A program made the translations under genes and the position numbers. The notes beneath the pieces were generated by a model. The model saw only the letters and a list, made by a program, of their open reading frames with translations, did no database searches and was not told where the DNA came from. This document shows positions 1-8,449 of a DNA stretch of 39,931 nucleotides, one piece after another. Positions within the stretch are counted from its first letter, which is position 1. Every line of letters starts with the position of its first letter. Source of the DNA: Minisyncoccota bacterium (GTDB taxonomy: Bacteria > Patescibacteriota > Minisyncoccia > Phycocordibacterales > DATEUR01); the NCBI GenBank assembly GCA_035583565.1, contig DATEUR010000036.1, positions 1 through 39,931 on the forward strand, given 5' to 3'.

Positions 1-135
1 AATCGGCGCGTCGGCATTGGGAACGGGCGGAGTGCTTGACGGCGGTGTCCACGTCTGCGCGAAAGCGATGCCGATGCTCAAAAGAGCGCCGAGAATAATG
101 ACCTTTAACGACTGGAGAAGGGATTTTTTGTTCAT
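1..135 (-). CDS. secreted hypothetical protein, N-terminal fragment (continues past window start)
   Basis: Reverse-strand ATG at 133-135 opens MNKKSLLQSLKVIILGALLSIGIAFAQTWTPPSSTPPVPNADAPI. This is a signal-peptide-like n/h region followed by a Pro-rich mature start. The frame stays open to position 1. Confidence 0.5.
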   Translation of the reverse strand, partial: MNKKSLLQSLKVIILGALLSIGIAFAQTWTPPSSTPPVPNADAPI

Positions 136-191
136 GTGATTAATTATACTATTAATAATTTAACCAATAAATTCGCTAAAAGTGAAAAAGC

Positions 192-1190
192 TTAAAACTC
201 TTCAAAGACCGGGGCGCCCGGCTTGCCGACGCAATTAGTAGTATCAAATTTACAATTGGTACATACCAAAATGCCGCCGCCAGCAAAACCTCGCGTTTCG
301 CATGTTTCGTTGCCTACGCCACCCTCGCAGTCTTCGTCGAGATCAATGACGCCATCACCGCAAAAGCCGACCCCAGCGATTTGTCTGAAAACTCTGACCT
401 CGGCGGAAACTTTGGTATTTAAAGTGGTATCACATTCTAGTGTAAAAAGACTAGACGGAGAGGCCACAGCCACACTGCTTTGAGATTGAATTCCATTGGT
501 AGTCGATGGCGCTGTCTTTGCTCCTGTCCAACCACCAGTAGCAACACAAGGAGTATTTGCGATAAGCGAAGGATCGGAAGCTTGCCAGGTTAGGTTAGTT
601 TCATATGGAGCAGGCACTGGCGAAGGAGAAGCGGTCAGAAATAAAGTAACCTGAGTAATTGGCTGGGTCGAGGCCAAAAACTGCAGCCAGCCGACAACCG
701 TCGAACCCCAACCATAGCCCGTGATTGCTCCGGTGGCGGGATTAACACTGACGCTGGTTAATTCAACGCAGCCGTCCCAACAACCGGCATTAGTAGGATC
801 GGTAGCAGGACAAGTGCTCGGCGAACCGGTGCCGGCAACAAAGCGCGCCCAGCCGGTGAGTTGAGTACCAGTAATTCTGGCGCCAACTCCGCCCGGACAA
901 CTCCCAACATCAGTCGCGTTAAAAGAAAGCCAGCCGATATTGGATGACCAGCCGTAGCCGGAAAGATCACCGCCTGGGGAAACCGCCACGCTATAAGTGC
1001 CGCCCGCGCCTGCAGTTGGATTAGTGCTGTTTAATGAGACCCAGCCAATATTGCTTGACCAAAGCCAGCCGCTAATCGACGTGGGGCCAGCGGCCTTGGC
1101 TTCTTCCTTAAAACCCCGTAAGCCAGTAATTAAAATCACCGCCAGAAAGACGAGAAAAATTGTGTTACGGATAAAGATTGGTTTCGTCAT
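192..1190 (-). CDS. secreted repeat protein with a Cys-rich C-terminal module (hypothetical)
   Basis: 332-aa ORF with an N-terminal TM/signal (IFIRNTIFLVFLAVILITGL). Repeated (S/T)G(W/Y)xWSSNIGW(V/L)S(L/F)N motifs. C-terminal CGDGVIDLDEDCEGG...CTNCKFDTTNC module. Confidence 0.75.
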   Translation of the reverse strand: MTKPIFIRNTIFLVFLAVILITGLRGFKEEAKAAGPTSISGWLWSSNIGWVSLNSTNPTAGAGGTYSVAVSPGGDLSGYGWSSNIGWLSFNATDVGSCPGGVGARITGTQLTGWARFVAGTGSPSTCPATDPTNAGCWDGCVELTSVSVNPATGAITGYGWGSTVVGWLQFLASTQPITQVTLFLTASPSPVPAPYETNLTWQASDPSLIANTPCVATGGWTGAKTAPSTTNGIQSQSSVAVASPSSLFTLECDTTLNTKVSAEVRVFRQIAGVGFCGDGVIDLDEDCEGGVGNETCETRGFAGGGILVCTNCKFDTTNCVGKPGAPVFEEF

Positions 1191-1192
1191 AT

Positions 1193-1474
1193 TTATTGAC
1201 TGAGAGAGTTAAGAATCGCTTCTTTTTCTTCATCGGAAAGCGCCGGCTCGTTTTGGCTTGCCTCGGACAACTGCTCTAAAATATCTGCCTTGTCTTCAGC
1301 GGAAAGCTCCGGTTGCAGAGCCGCTTGCTTCGCTAATTCTTCGAGGATCGCTTGCCTTTCGATTTCTTCTTGAGACGGTCGCTCTCTTTTAGACACGAAA
1401 TAAATGCCGGCAAAGATAACAAGGGCAAGAAGGATAACGAGCCCGATGATTTTCCCAAATCGTTGGCTATTCAT
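1193..1474 (-). CDS. small membrane-anchored acidic protein (hypothetical)
   Basis: 93-aa ORF with one N-terminal TM helix (IIGLVILLALVIFAGIYFV) and a Glu/Ala/Leu-rich tail. Its stop lies 2 nt before the start of the downstream ORF. Confidence 0.6.
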   Translation of the reverse strand: MNSQRFGKIIGLVILLALVIFAGIYFVSKRERPSQEEIERQAILEELAKQAALQPELSAEDKADILEQLSEASQNEPALSDEEKEAILNSLSQ

Positions 1475-1499
1475 TTACCTTCATTTTACACTATATATA

Positions 1500-1527
1500 T
1501 TGACTTATTGTGGATATCGGGTAAGAT
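1500..1527 (+). promoter_or_regulatory. sigma70-like promoter upstream of nusA
   Basis: TTGACT (1500-1505), 16-nt spacer, TAAGAT (1522-1527). Confidence 0.35.
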
Positions 1528-1538
1528 TACGTTAATCC

Positions 1539-1561
1539 AGTCCGTTCCCACGGACTTTTTT
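1539..1561 (+). terminator. intrinsic-terminator-like hairpin in the nusA leader (candidate attenuator)
   Basis: AGTCCGT / tccc / ACGGACT stem-loop followed by TTTTT. It sits about 12 nt after the putative -10 and 65 nt before the nusA ATG. Confidence 0.45.
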
Positions 1562-1625
1562 AATAAAAACCCTGATAAATTAGAAAACTTCTCACAATGA
1601 AGTTTTCTAATAAAATAAATATAAT

Positions 1626-2843
1626 ATGGACTTAAAAACAATCAAATCAGCCCTCGAACAGCTCGAGGAGGAACGAAAAATCCCGCGCGGGGAGCTTGTT
1701 GACGTTATCGAGCAAGCCCTCGCCGCCGCTTATAAAAAGGAGTACGGCAAGAAAGGTCAAATTGTGCGCACCCGCTTTGACGCGGATTCAGGTGAGGTCA
1801 CCTTTGAACAAGTCAAAATAGTCGTTGATGAATCAACGGTGCGCATGGTCGCGGAAGGCGAAGAGATGAAGGAAGAAGAAGTTCCCCCGGAAGACACCCG
1901 GCCACGCTTTAATCCGGAACATCATATTCTTCTAAAAGACGCCAAAAAAATTAAAGGCGACGCAAAACTCGAAGACGAACTCGTTTTCCCGCTTGAAGCC
2001 AAAGAGGATTACGGCCGCATTGCCGCCCAAACCGCCAAACAAGTCATTATTCAAAAAATTCGTGAAGCGGAAAAAGGCGGAATTCTCTCGGAATTCAAAG
2101 GCAAAGAAGGAGAAATCATCTCCGGTTTTATCCAACGGGTAGAACGAGGAATTGTTTACATCGATCTCGCCCGCACTACTGCCATCATGCCTTACGAAGA
2201 ACAGATTCCAGGCGAACGACTGGTGCGCGGTTCAAGAATTAAAGCGTTTCTTTACTCCGTCGAAGACACGCCGCGCGGCGTGACTATCCGCCTTTCCCGC
2301 AGTCATCCGAAATTTTTGGAAAAACTTTTCGAGATGGAGGTGCCCGAAATTGTCGCCAAAACCGTTGAAATAAAAGCCATTGCCAGAGAAGCTGGTAGCC
2401 GCTCTAAAATTGCCGTTGCTTCAACTGACCCTAATGTTGACCCGGTTGGTTCTTGCGTCGGTCAAAAAGGCGTCCGGGTTTCCGCGGTCATGTCGGAAAT
2501 TTCCGGCGAGAAAATCGATATTATTCCTTGGTTCGCTGATCCGCAAAAATTCATTGCCGCCGCTCTCTTGCCGGCCAAAGTGCTTGAAATTCAAATTGAT
2601 GAAGAAAGGAAAGAAGCCGCCATCGAGGTGGAGGCAGGCGAACTTAGTCTCGCTATTGGCAAGGGCGGCCAAAATGTCCGCCTCGCCGCCAAACTCACCG
2701 GTTATCGCATCGACATCCGCGGTGCCGAAGAAGAACCGCTCGAAGAATTGACGGAGACAAGCGAACAGGAAGAAACAGAAGGTATCAAAGAAGTGCCAGC
2801 CATAAAAGAAGAATTAGCTGAAGCCGACGAAAAAGCCGAATAG
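1626..2843 (+). CDS. nusA: transcription termination/antitermination factor NusA
   Basis: 405 aa with the NusA N-domain, an S1-like region and two KH GxxG motifs (GQKGVRV, GKGGQNVRLA), plus an acidic C-tail. Confidence 0.95.
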   Translation: MDLKTIKSALEQLEEERKIPRGELVDVIEQALAAAYKKEYGKKGQIVRTRFDADSGEVTFEQVKIVVDESTVRMVAEGEEMKEEEVPPEDTRPRFNPEHHILLKDAKKIKGDAKLEDELVFPLEAKEDYGRIAAQTAKQVIIQKIREAEKGGILSEFKGKEGEIISGFIQRVERGIVYIDLARTTAIMPYEEQIPGERLVRGSRIKAFLYSVEDTPRGVTIRLSRSHPKFLEKLFEMEVPEIVAKTVEIKAIAREAGSRSKIAVASTDPNVDPVGSCVGQKGVRVSAVMSEISGEKIDIIPWFADPQKFIAAALLPAKVLEIQIDEERKEAAIEVEAGELSLAIGKGGQNVRLAAKLTGYRIDIRGAEEEPLEELTETSEQEETEGIKEVPAIKEELAEADEKAE

Positions 2844-2894
2844 GGTTTTGTGGTTTCGTGATTTTAGATAATTATTATTAATTTTTAATAAAAT

Positions 2895-4862
2895 ATGTCA
2901 GCAATATTAATTGGTAGCAGTTTACTCGCAATCATCGTCGGTCTCTTGCTAACGCGACACATTTTGAATTTGCCGAAAGGCGATGAAAAAATGCAAGCAA
3001 TCGCCCGCGCGATCCAAATCGGCGCGAAGGCCTATCTTAATCGCCAATACCGGACGATCATGCTTGTCGCGATTGTTATTTTTGCCGCCATCGGTTTTGC
3101 GCTTGATTGGCTGACGGCTCTCGCTTTTCTTGTCGGCGCGATTCTTTCAGGCATCACTGGCTATATCGGAATGAATGTTTCTGTCCGCGCCAATGTTCGA
3201 ACCGCACAGGCCGCTAAATCAGGGCTCGCCAAGGCGTTCGCGGTGGCCGTCGAGGGCGGCGCTGTCACCGGCCTTCTTGTTGTCGGATTGGCGCTGCTTG
3301 GGGTAGCCGGTTTTTATCTTTTAACCGGTGATGTGAAATCACTAATCGGTCTTGCCTTCGGCGGTTCACTCATTTCTATTTTTGCCCGTCTTGGCGGCGG
3401 CATTTTTACCAAAGCGGCTGATGTCGGCGCCGATCTTGTCGGCAAAGTTGAAGCCGGTATTCCGGAAGACGATCCGCGTAATCCGGCCGTGATCGCTGAT
3501 AACGTCGGCGATAATGTCGGCGATTGCGCCGGTATGGCGGCTGACCTTTTTGAAACTTACGCCGTTACCGCCATCGCCACGATGGTGCTTGGCTCGCTTG
3601 TTTTCCCGAGCATGCCCGAAGCAGTTATTTATCCGCTCGCTCTTGGCGCCGGCGCGATCGTCGCTTCTCTTCTTTCACTATTTTTCATTCGACTTGGTAA
3701 AAAGCAAAACATTATGGCCGCGCTTTACAAAGGCCTCGGTGCGGCGGGTCTTTTCTCGGCAATTCTTTTTTATCCCATCACAAAGTTTCTTCTCCCGGGC
3801 GAAAATGTCCTAAATATTTACTTTGCCGCGCTAATCGGTCTTCTGGTAACAGCGCTTCTCGTTATCATCACCGAATACTACACCTCGACCGCTTTCAAAC
3901 CGGTGCGAGATATTGCTAAAGCAAGCCAATCCGGCCACGGCACCAATATTATCGCTGGCCTTGCCGTTTCGATGCGCTCCACCGCGCTCCCTATTATCGT
4001 TATCGTTGCTGGTATTCTTCTTTCTTTTGAATTCGCCGGTCTTTACGGTGTCGCCATTGCCGCGATGAGCATGCTCTCACTTGCCGGTATTATCGTCACC
4101 ATCGATGCTTATGGCCCAATCACTGACAACGCTGGCGGCATTGCTGAAATGGCCGGCTTGCCAAAAGAAGTCCGCGATGTTACCGATCCGTTAGATGCTG
4201 TTGGAAATACAACCAAAGCAGTGACAAAAGGTTACGCTATTGGTTCAGCTGCTTTAGCGGCATTGGTTTTATTCGCTGATTACACTCATAGCCTCCCGGC
4301 GGATGTCCAGTTTTTAATCAATGATCCAAAAGTGTTGGCCGGACTTTTTATCGGCGGTCTTCTTCCGTATTTTTTCGGCGCAAAAGCTTTGGAAGCCGTC
4401 GGCCGAGCGGCGCAGTCGGTCGTCTTTGAAGTACGCCGGCAGTTTAAAGAAAAACCCGGCATTATGATTGGGAGCGAATTGCCAGATTACGGCAATACTG
4501 TCGATATCGTCACCCGCTCTGCAATTAAAGAAATGGTTTTGCCGGCTATGCTTCCGGTTCTTACTCCGATTGTTGTCGGTTTTGCCCTCGGTAAGGAGGC
4601 GCTCGGCGGACTTCTTGTCGGCTCGATTATTACCGGTATTTTTGTTGCCATTTCGATGACCTCGGGCGGCGGCGCATGGGATAATGCCAAGAAATACATT
4701 GAGTCAGGCAACTTCGGCGGCAAAGGGTCGGAGGCCCACAAAGCGGCTATCACCGGCGATACCGTCGGCGACCCTTACAAAGACACCGCCGGCCCGGCTA
4801 TTAACCCAATGATCAAAATCTTAAATATCGTCGCTCTGCTCATTGTCGGCCTGTTAATATAG
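2895..4862 (+). CDS. hppA: membrane-bound proton-translocating pyrophosphatase
   Basis: 655 aa, polytopic. M-PPase signatures [46 protein letters not shown] and [22 protein letters not shown]. Confidence 0.95.
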   Translation: MSAILIGSSLLAIIVGLLLTRHILNLPKGDEKMQAIARAIQIGAKAYLNRQYRTIMLVAIVIFAAIGFALDWLTALAFLVGAILSGITGYIGMNVSVRANVRTAQAAKSGLAKAFAVAVEGGAVTGLLVVGLALLGVAGFYLLTGDVKSLIGLAFGGSLISIFARLGGGIFTKAADVGADLVGKVEAGIPEDDPRNPAVIADNVGDNVGDCAGMAADLFETYAVTAIATMVLGSLVFPSMPEAVIYPLALGAGAIVASLLSLFFIRLGKKQNIMAALYKGLGAAGLFSAILFYPITKFLLPGENVLNIYFAALIGLLVTALLVIITEYYTSTAFKPVRDIAKASQSGHGTNIIAGLAVSMRSTALPIIVIVAGILLSFEFAGLYGVAIAAMSMLSLAGIIVTIDAYGPITDNAGGIAEMAGLPKEVRDVTDPLDAVGNTTKAVTKGYAIGSAALAALVLFADYTHSLPADVQFLINDPKVLAGLFIGGLLPYFFGAKALEAVGRAAQSVVFEVRRQFKEKPGIMIGSELPDYGNTVDIVTRSAIKEMVLPAMLPVLTPIVVGFALGKEALGGLLVGSIITGIFVAISMTSGGGAWDNAKKYIESGNFGGKGSEAHKAAITGDTVGDPYKDTAGPAINPMIKILNIVALLIVGLLI

Positions 4863-4943
4863 GATTGTAAGATAAAGGGGGCTCGCCCGTCTTTATAGAT
4901 AAGTCGAATTTTATTAGTTTATTAATAATTATCAATATATTTT

Positions 4944-5690
4944 ATGAAAAAGTATTTAAGTTTGTTAGTTATCGCCGGTCTGCTCTTCGCCGTCGCCCCT
5001 TCTTTTGCCAAAGCTGAAGGAGAACCGACCGATTCTTCCGGTTCCGGCTCAACGCTTGAAAACCGTCAAGCAAAAATCCGGGCAGAAATCGAGAAACGCG
5101 AAGCCGCTATCGCTGAAACAAAAGCGCAAGCGCAGGAAAAATTAGGAGAGTTTGAGACTCGCGTCTCGGAAAAGAAAGCCGAGTTTGAAACCAAGAAAAC
5201 CGAGCGGGAAGCAAAGCTTTTGGCTCGAAAGCAAGAAATAATCAAAAAGCAAGTTGACCGGGTAGTAAAAAGACTTAGTGATTTTGTCAAAAGACTTAAT
5301 GACTATTACGCCAGAGTTTCTGATCGAATCGCCAAACTTTCTGAAAAATATGATACGACTGAACTCGAAACTCTTCTCGGTACGGCCCGCGCGAAAATTG
5401 ATGCCGCCGAAGCCGAAATTGGTTCTATCAGCACCGCTCTTGGCACAATCAGTATAACCGATCGCGATTCTTTCAAAGCCGCCGTCAAAGACATTCATTC
5501 AAGCGCAAACGAGGCTAAAGAATCTCTCAAAGATGCCCACAGCGCCTTGGTTGATGTCGTTAAAGCCTTAAAACCGGGTCAACTGAAAGAAAAAGTAAAA
5601 GCCGATGACGATGAAAATGGTGATGATGCGAATGATGAAGAAGACGGTGATGATGAAGCCGGAAACGAAAACGAAAATTCTCCCGAGTAA
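4944..5690 (+). CDS. secreted coiled-coil protein with an acidic tail (hypothetical)
   Basis: 248 aa with signal peptide MKKYLSLLVIAGLLFAVAPSFAKA, a long Lys/Glu/Ala heptad-like region and a D/E/N-rich C-terminus. Confidence 0.7.
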   Translation: MKKYLSLLVIAGLLFAVAPSFAKAEGEPTDSSGSGSTLENRQAKIRAEIEKREAAIAETKAQAQEKLGEFETRVSEKKAEFETKKTEREAKLLARKQEIIKKQVDRVVKRLSDFVKRLNDYYARVSDRIAKLSEKYDTTELETLLGTARAKIDAAEAEIGSISTALGTISITDRDSFKAAVKDIHSSANEAKESLKDAHSALVDVVKALKPGQLKEKVKADDDENGDDANDEEDGDDEAGNENENSPE

Positions 5691-5700
5691 ACCCCCCAAA

Positions 5701-5728
5701 AACCGCTTCCCAAAAGAAGCGGTTTTTG
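5701..5728 (+). terminator. intrinsic terminator
   Basis: AACCGCTTC / ccaaaa / GAAGCGGTT followed by a T-run, 10 nt after the stop codon. Confidence 0.65.
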
Positions 5729-5761
5729 ATATACTGACCATTATTTAATTAATTACAATTT

Positions 5762-6001
5762 ATGCCAGAACAAAAAAAATCAAGTGGTGCTTTAATCGGC
5801 ACAATCATTATTATCCTTATTCTCATTATTGGCGGCATTTACTTCTGGAAATCAAGCATTAAGGAAGCAATCACCGGAGAAGTAACGGAGGAAAATATTG
5901 AGACGGCGGGCGCGGAAGAGTTGGGAAATATCGATACCGATCTTAATGCTCTTCTCGAAGGATTGGAGGGACTTGATACTTTAGAGGAAACGCCACAGTA
6001 A
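5762..6001 (+). CDS. small single-TM protein (hypothetical)
   Basis: 79 aa with one TM helix (ALIGTIIIILILIIGGIYFW) and an acidic tail. Confidence 0.55.
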   Translation: MPEQKKSSGALIGTIIIILILIIGGIYFWKSSIKEAITGEVTEENIETAGAEELGNIDTDLNALLEGLEGLDTLEETPQ

Positions 6002-6030
6002 TATAAAGATATTCACTCTGCAAATTAGAA

Positions 6031-6076
6031 AAAGACCAGGCGCCTTTATCAGGAAAGCGTCCGGTCTTTTTTCTTT
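6031..6076 (+). terminator. intrinsic terminator
   Basis: AAAGACCAGGCGC ... GCGTCCGGTCTTT stem (one mismatch) followed by a T-rich run. Confidence 0.55.
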
Positions 6077-6078
6077 TT

Positions 6079-6106
6079 TTGACAAACGCCATAATTTCAT
6101 TAGACT
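6079..6106 (+). promoter_or_regulatory. sigma70-like promoter of tig
   Basis: TTGACA (6079-6084), 16-nt spacer, TAGACT (6101-6106). The ATG lies 9 nt downstream. Confidence 0.4.
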
Positions 6107-6115
6107 TTAAAGACA

Positions 6116-7111
6116 ATGATAAAAGTTAATAAATTACCCAAATCAATCACGGAGCTCGAAGGCGAACTTGAGATAGCGGCCTTTGAAAAGTACCGCCCGC
6201 AAGCCCTTTCCGAATTCGCGGCAAATATCGAAGTACCGGGCTTCCGTAAAGGTCATGTTCCGAACGATCTCTTGGAAAAAAATATTTCCGCGGTAAAAGT
6301 TTTGGAAAAAATGGCAATTTTAGCTTTAGCCGAACTTTATCCAAAACTTCTAGCCGAAAATAAAATCGATGCTATTGGTAAACCCGAGATTATTATCACC
6401 AAACTTGCCCCCGGCAATCCTTTGGGTTTTAAAATCCGGACCGCCGTTTTGCCTTCCTGGCAACTGCCGGATTACCGAGCCATTGCCAAAAAAGAAGCTG
6501 TCCTTCTCGAAACAACCGTTACTGACGAGGAATTTAAAAATACGATTGAAACAACCCGCCAAATGCGAAAAAACGAAAACGGAGAACTGCCAATCTATAA
6601 CGATGAATTCGTGAAATCGCTTGGCAAATTCGAAAACATTGCCGACTTTGAAAAAAAACTTCGGGAAAACATTAAATTAGAAAAGGAGATAAAGGCGCGG
6701 GATAAGCGACGACTCAAAATCATGAGGAATATTCTCGCTACTATCCCGATGGATCTGCCGCAAATTATCGTTGATTACGAACTTGAGAACCTTATCAATC
6801 AATTTAAACATAATATCGAGCATGGCGACTTTAAATTTGATGACTATCTCAAAAATGCCAAAACCGATTTAGCAACCCTACGGAAAAACTGGGAACCAGT
6901 CGCGATCGAGCGAGCAAAAACGGAAATAGTTATCAGTAAAATTTCCGAGGAGGAAAATCTTAAACCCACACCCGAAGAAATAGAAGAAAATCTATCTTTT
7001 TATGCCGGAACAATTAAAGACAAGGAAAATACCGGCGGCATCCGCAATTACATCTTAAACTCCTTAATTCGAGAAAAGGTTTTGAGTTTTCTTGAAAATT
7101 TGGCGAAATAA
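6116..7111 (+). CDS. tig: trigger factor, short form lacking the PPIase domain
   Basis: 331 aa. The N-terminal ribosome-binding signature GFRKGHVP is present. The C-terminal arm region is recognisable (DEFVKSLG...LRENIKLEKE...). No FKBP-like segment lies between them. Confidence 0.85.
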   Translation: MIKVNKLPKSITELEGELEIAAFEKYRPQALSEFAANIEVPGFRKGHVPNDLLEKNISAVKVLEKMAILALAELYPKLLAENKIDAIGKPEIIITKLAPGNPLGFKIRTAVLPSWQLPDYRAIAKKEAVLLETTVTDEEFKNTIETTRQMRKNENGELPIYNDEFVKSLGKFENIADFEKKLRENIKLEKEIKARDKRRLKIMRNILATIPMDLPQIIVDYELENLINQFKHNIEHGDFKFDDYLKNAKTDLATLRKNWEPVAIERAKTEIVISKISEEENLKPTPEEIEENLSFYAGTIKDKENTGGIRNYILNSLIREKVLSFLENLAK

Positions 7112-7127
7112 AAGCTAAGTGGTATAA

Positions 7128-7233
7128 TTACGAAACCACATTTCTCGCGGAGTACGGATATTTTTCTGCTGAAAAATTCCTCGTGCTCGGCCCGTCGGCC
7201 TCGCAAGTCTCCGCTCGAAACATGGTTTCGTAA
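7128..7233. repeat. 106-nt inverted-repeat-bounded structured element between tig and clpP
   Basis: Termini TTACGAAACCACATTTC (7128-7144) and GAAACATGGTTTCGTAA (7217-7233) are complementary in 15 of 17 positions. Internal hairpins include GGCC cgtc GGCC. The interior is G+C-rich relative to its flanks. Confidence 0.6.
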
Positions 7234-7248
7234 TTAAATAAAATATAT

Positions 7249-7836
7249 ATGCTTATTCCAACAGTTATTGAAAAAAGTCAGTACGGCGAGCGGGCTTATG
7301 ATATTTACAGCCGCTTGCTTGAAGAGCGCATTATTTTTCTTGGCGGGTCTATTGATGACCAAGTAGCCAACAGCGTTATTGCCCAAATGCTTTTTCTTCA
7401 ATACAAAGATCCGAAGAAAGACATTTATCTTTATATCAATTCCCCGGGTGGCTCTATTACCGCAGGTATGGCTATTTATGACACCATGAAATACATAAAA
7501 CCTGATGTGCAAACGATTTGCGTGGGCATGGCCGCTTCCATGGGCGCTTTTCTTCTCTCGGGCGGCGCGAAGGGAAAACGCTTTGCTTTGCCAAATTCAG
7601 AAATTATGATTCACCAGCCTCACGGCGGCATGGAAGGCCAAGCAGTTGATATTGAGATTCACGCTAAAAGAATCATCAAAACAAGAGACCAAATTAACCA
7701 GATTCTTTCAAAAAACACCGGCCAACCGCTCGCTAAGGTCCAAAAGGACGCCGATCGCGATTTCTTTATGAATGCCGAAGAGGCCAAGAAATATGGCCTT
7801 ATTGACGACATCATCCAAAAAGCCAAAATAGGATAG
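7249..7836 (+). CDS. clpP: ATP-dependent Clp protease proteolytic subunit
   Basis: 195 aa with catalytic-triad context [17 protein letters not shown] and DRDFFM. tig-clpP is the typical gene order. Confidence 0.95.
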   Translation: MLIPTVIEKSQYGERAYDIYSRLLEERIIFLGGSIDDQVANSVIAQMLFLQYKDPKKDIYLYINSPGGSITAGMAIYDTMKYIKPDVQTICVGMAASMGAFLLSGGAKGKRFALPNSEIMIHQPHGGMEGQAVDIEIHAKRIIKTRDQINQILSKNTGQPLAKVQKDADRDFFMNAEEAKKYGLIDDIIQKAKIG

Positions 7837-7914
7837 AGGGCAAGATCCCATTCTAGCTTGCTTTTTTTGTTTGTGGTATCATGAAATCAATTAATATTAA
7901 TAAATATTTAGATT

Positions 7915-8196
7915 ATGGCGAAAATGACAAAATCACAAGTTATTAGCACTTTGGCCGAAAAGCTTGAAAAGTCGAAAAAGGAAGTTTCGACAATGATCGA
8001 AGCTCTTGTTGACTTGGCTTATCAGGAAACAAAGAAATCCGGCGAGTTCACTATTCCGGGTCTCGGCAAGCTTCAAAAGAAACACCGCGCCGCCCGCATG
8101 GGCCGCAACCCGGCTACCGGCGAACAAATTCAGATTAAAGCCAAAACCGTCGTGAAATTCCGGGTCGCCAAGGCCGCTAAAGACGCCATTCTTTAA
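7915..8196 (+). CDS. HU/IHF-family DNA-binding protein (divergent paralog)
   Basis: 93 aa with the arm motif RAARMGRNPATGEQIQIKAKTVVKFRVAKAAKDAI. Confidence 0.85.
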   Translation: MAKMTKSQVISTLAEKLEKSKKEVSTMIEALVDLAYQETKKSGEFTIPGLGKLQKKHRAARMGRNPATGEQIQIKAKTVVKFRVAKAAKDAIL

Positions 8197-8217
8197 ATAT
8201 CCCCTCTCTCTCAAAAA

Positions 8218-8240
8218 ACTCCCGCCAGTCGGGAGTTTTC
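8218..8240 (+). terminator. intrinsic terminator
   Basis: ACTCCCG / ccagt / CGGGAGT followed by TTTT. Confidence 0.65.
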
Positions 8241-8449
8241 AAAAAGGAGACCCATGGCTTGCCATGAAAAATCCTTTCTGTTATGATGATGGTGTTTAAC
8301 TTAAAAATAATTGAAACTATGAGAACTTACCTGGTGACTTCAAATCGAAAAACTTTGACCCCCAAATTTTCTTCAATTTTTTCACTAATTACCGATTAAA
8401 CTTCGGTCTTTTTGGCACTTAGGTAACTTCTCGTAAAAAAGAGAAGTTT

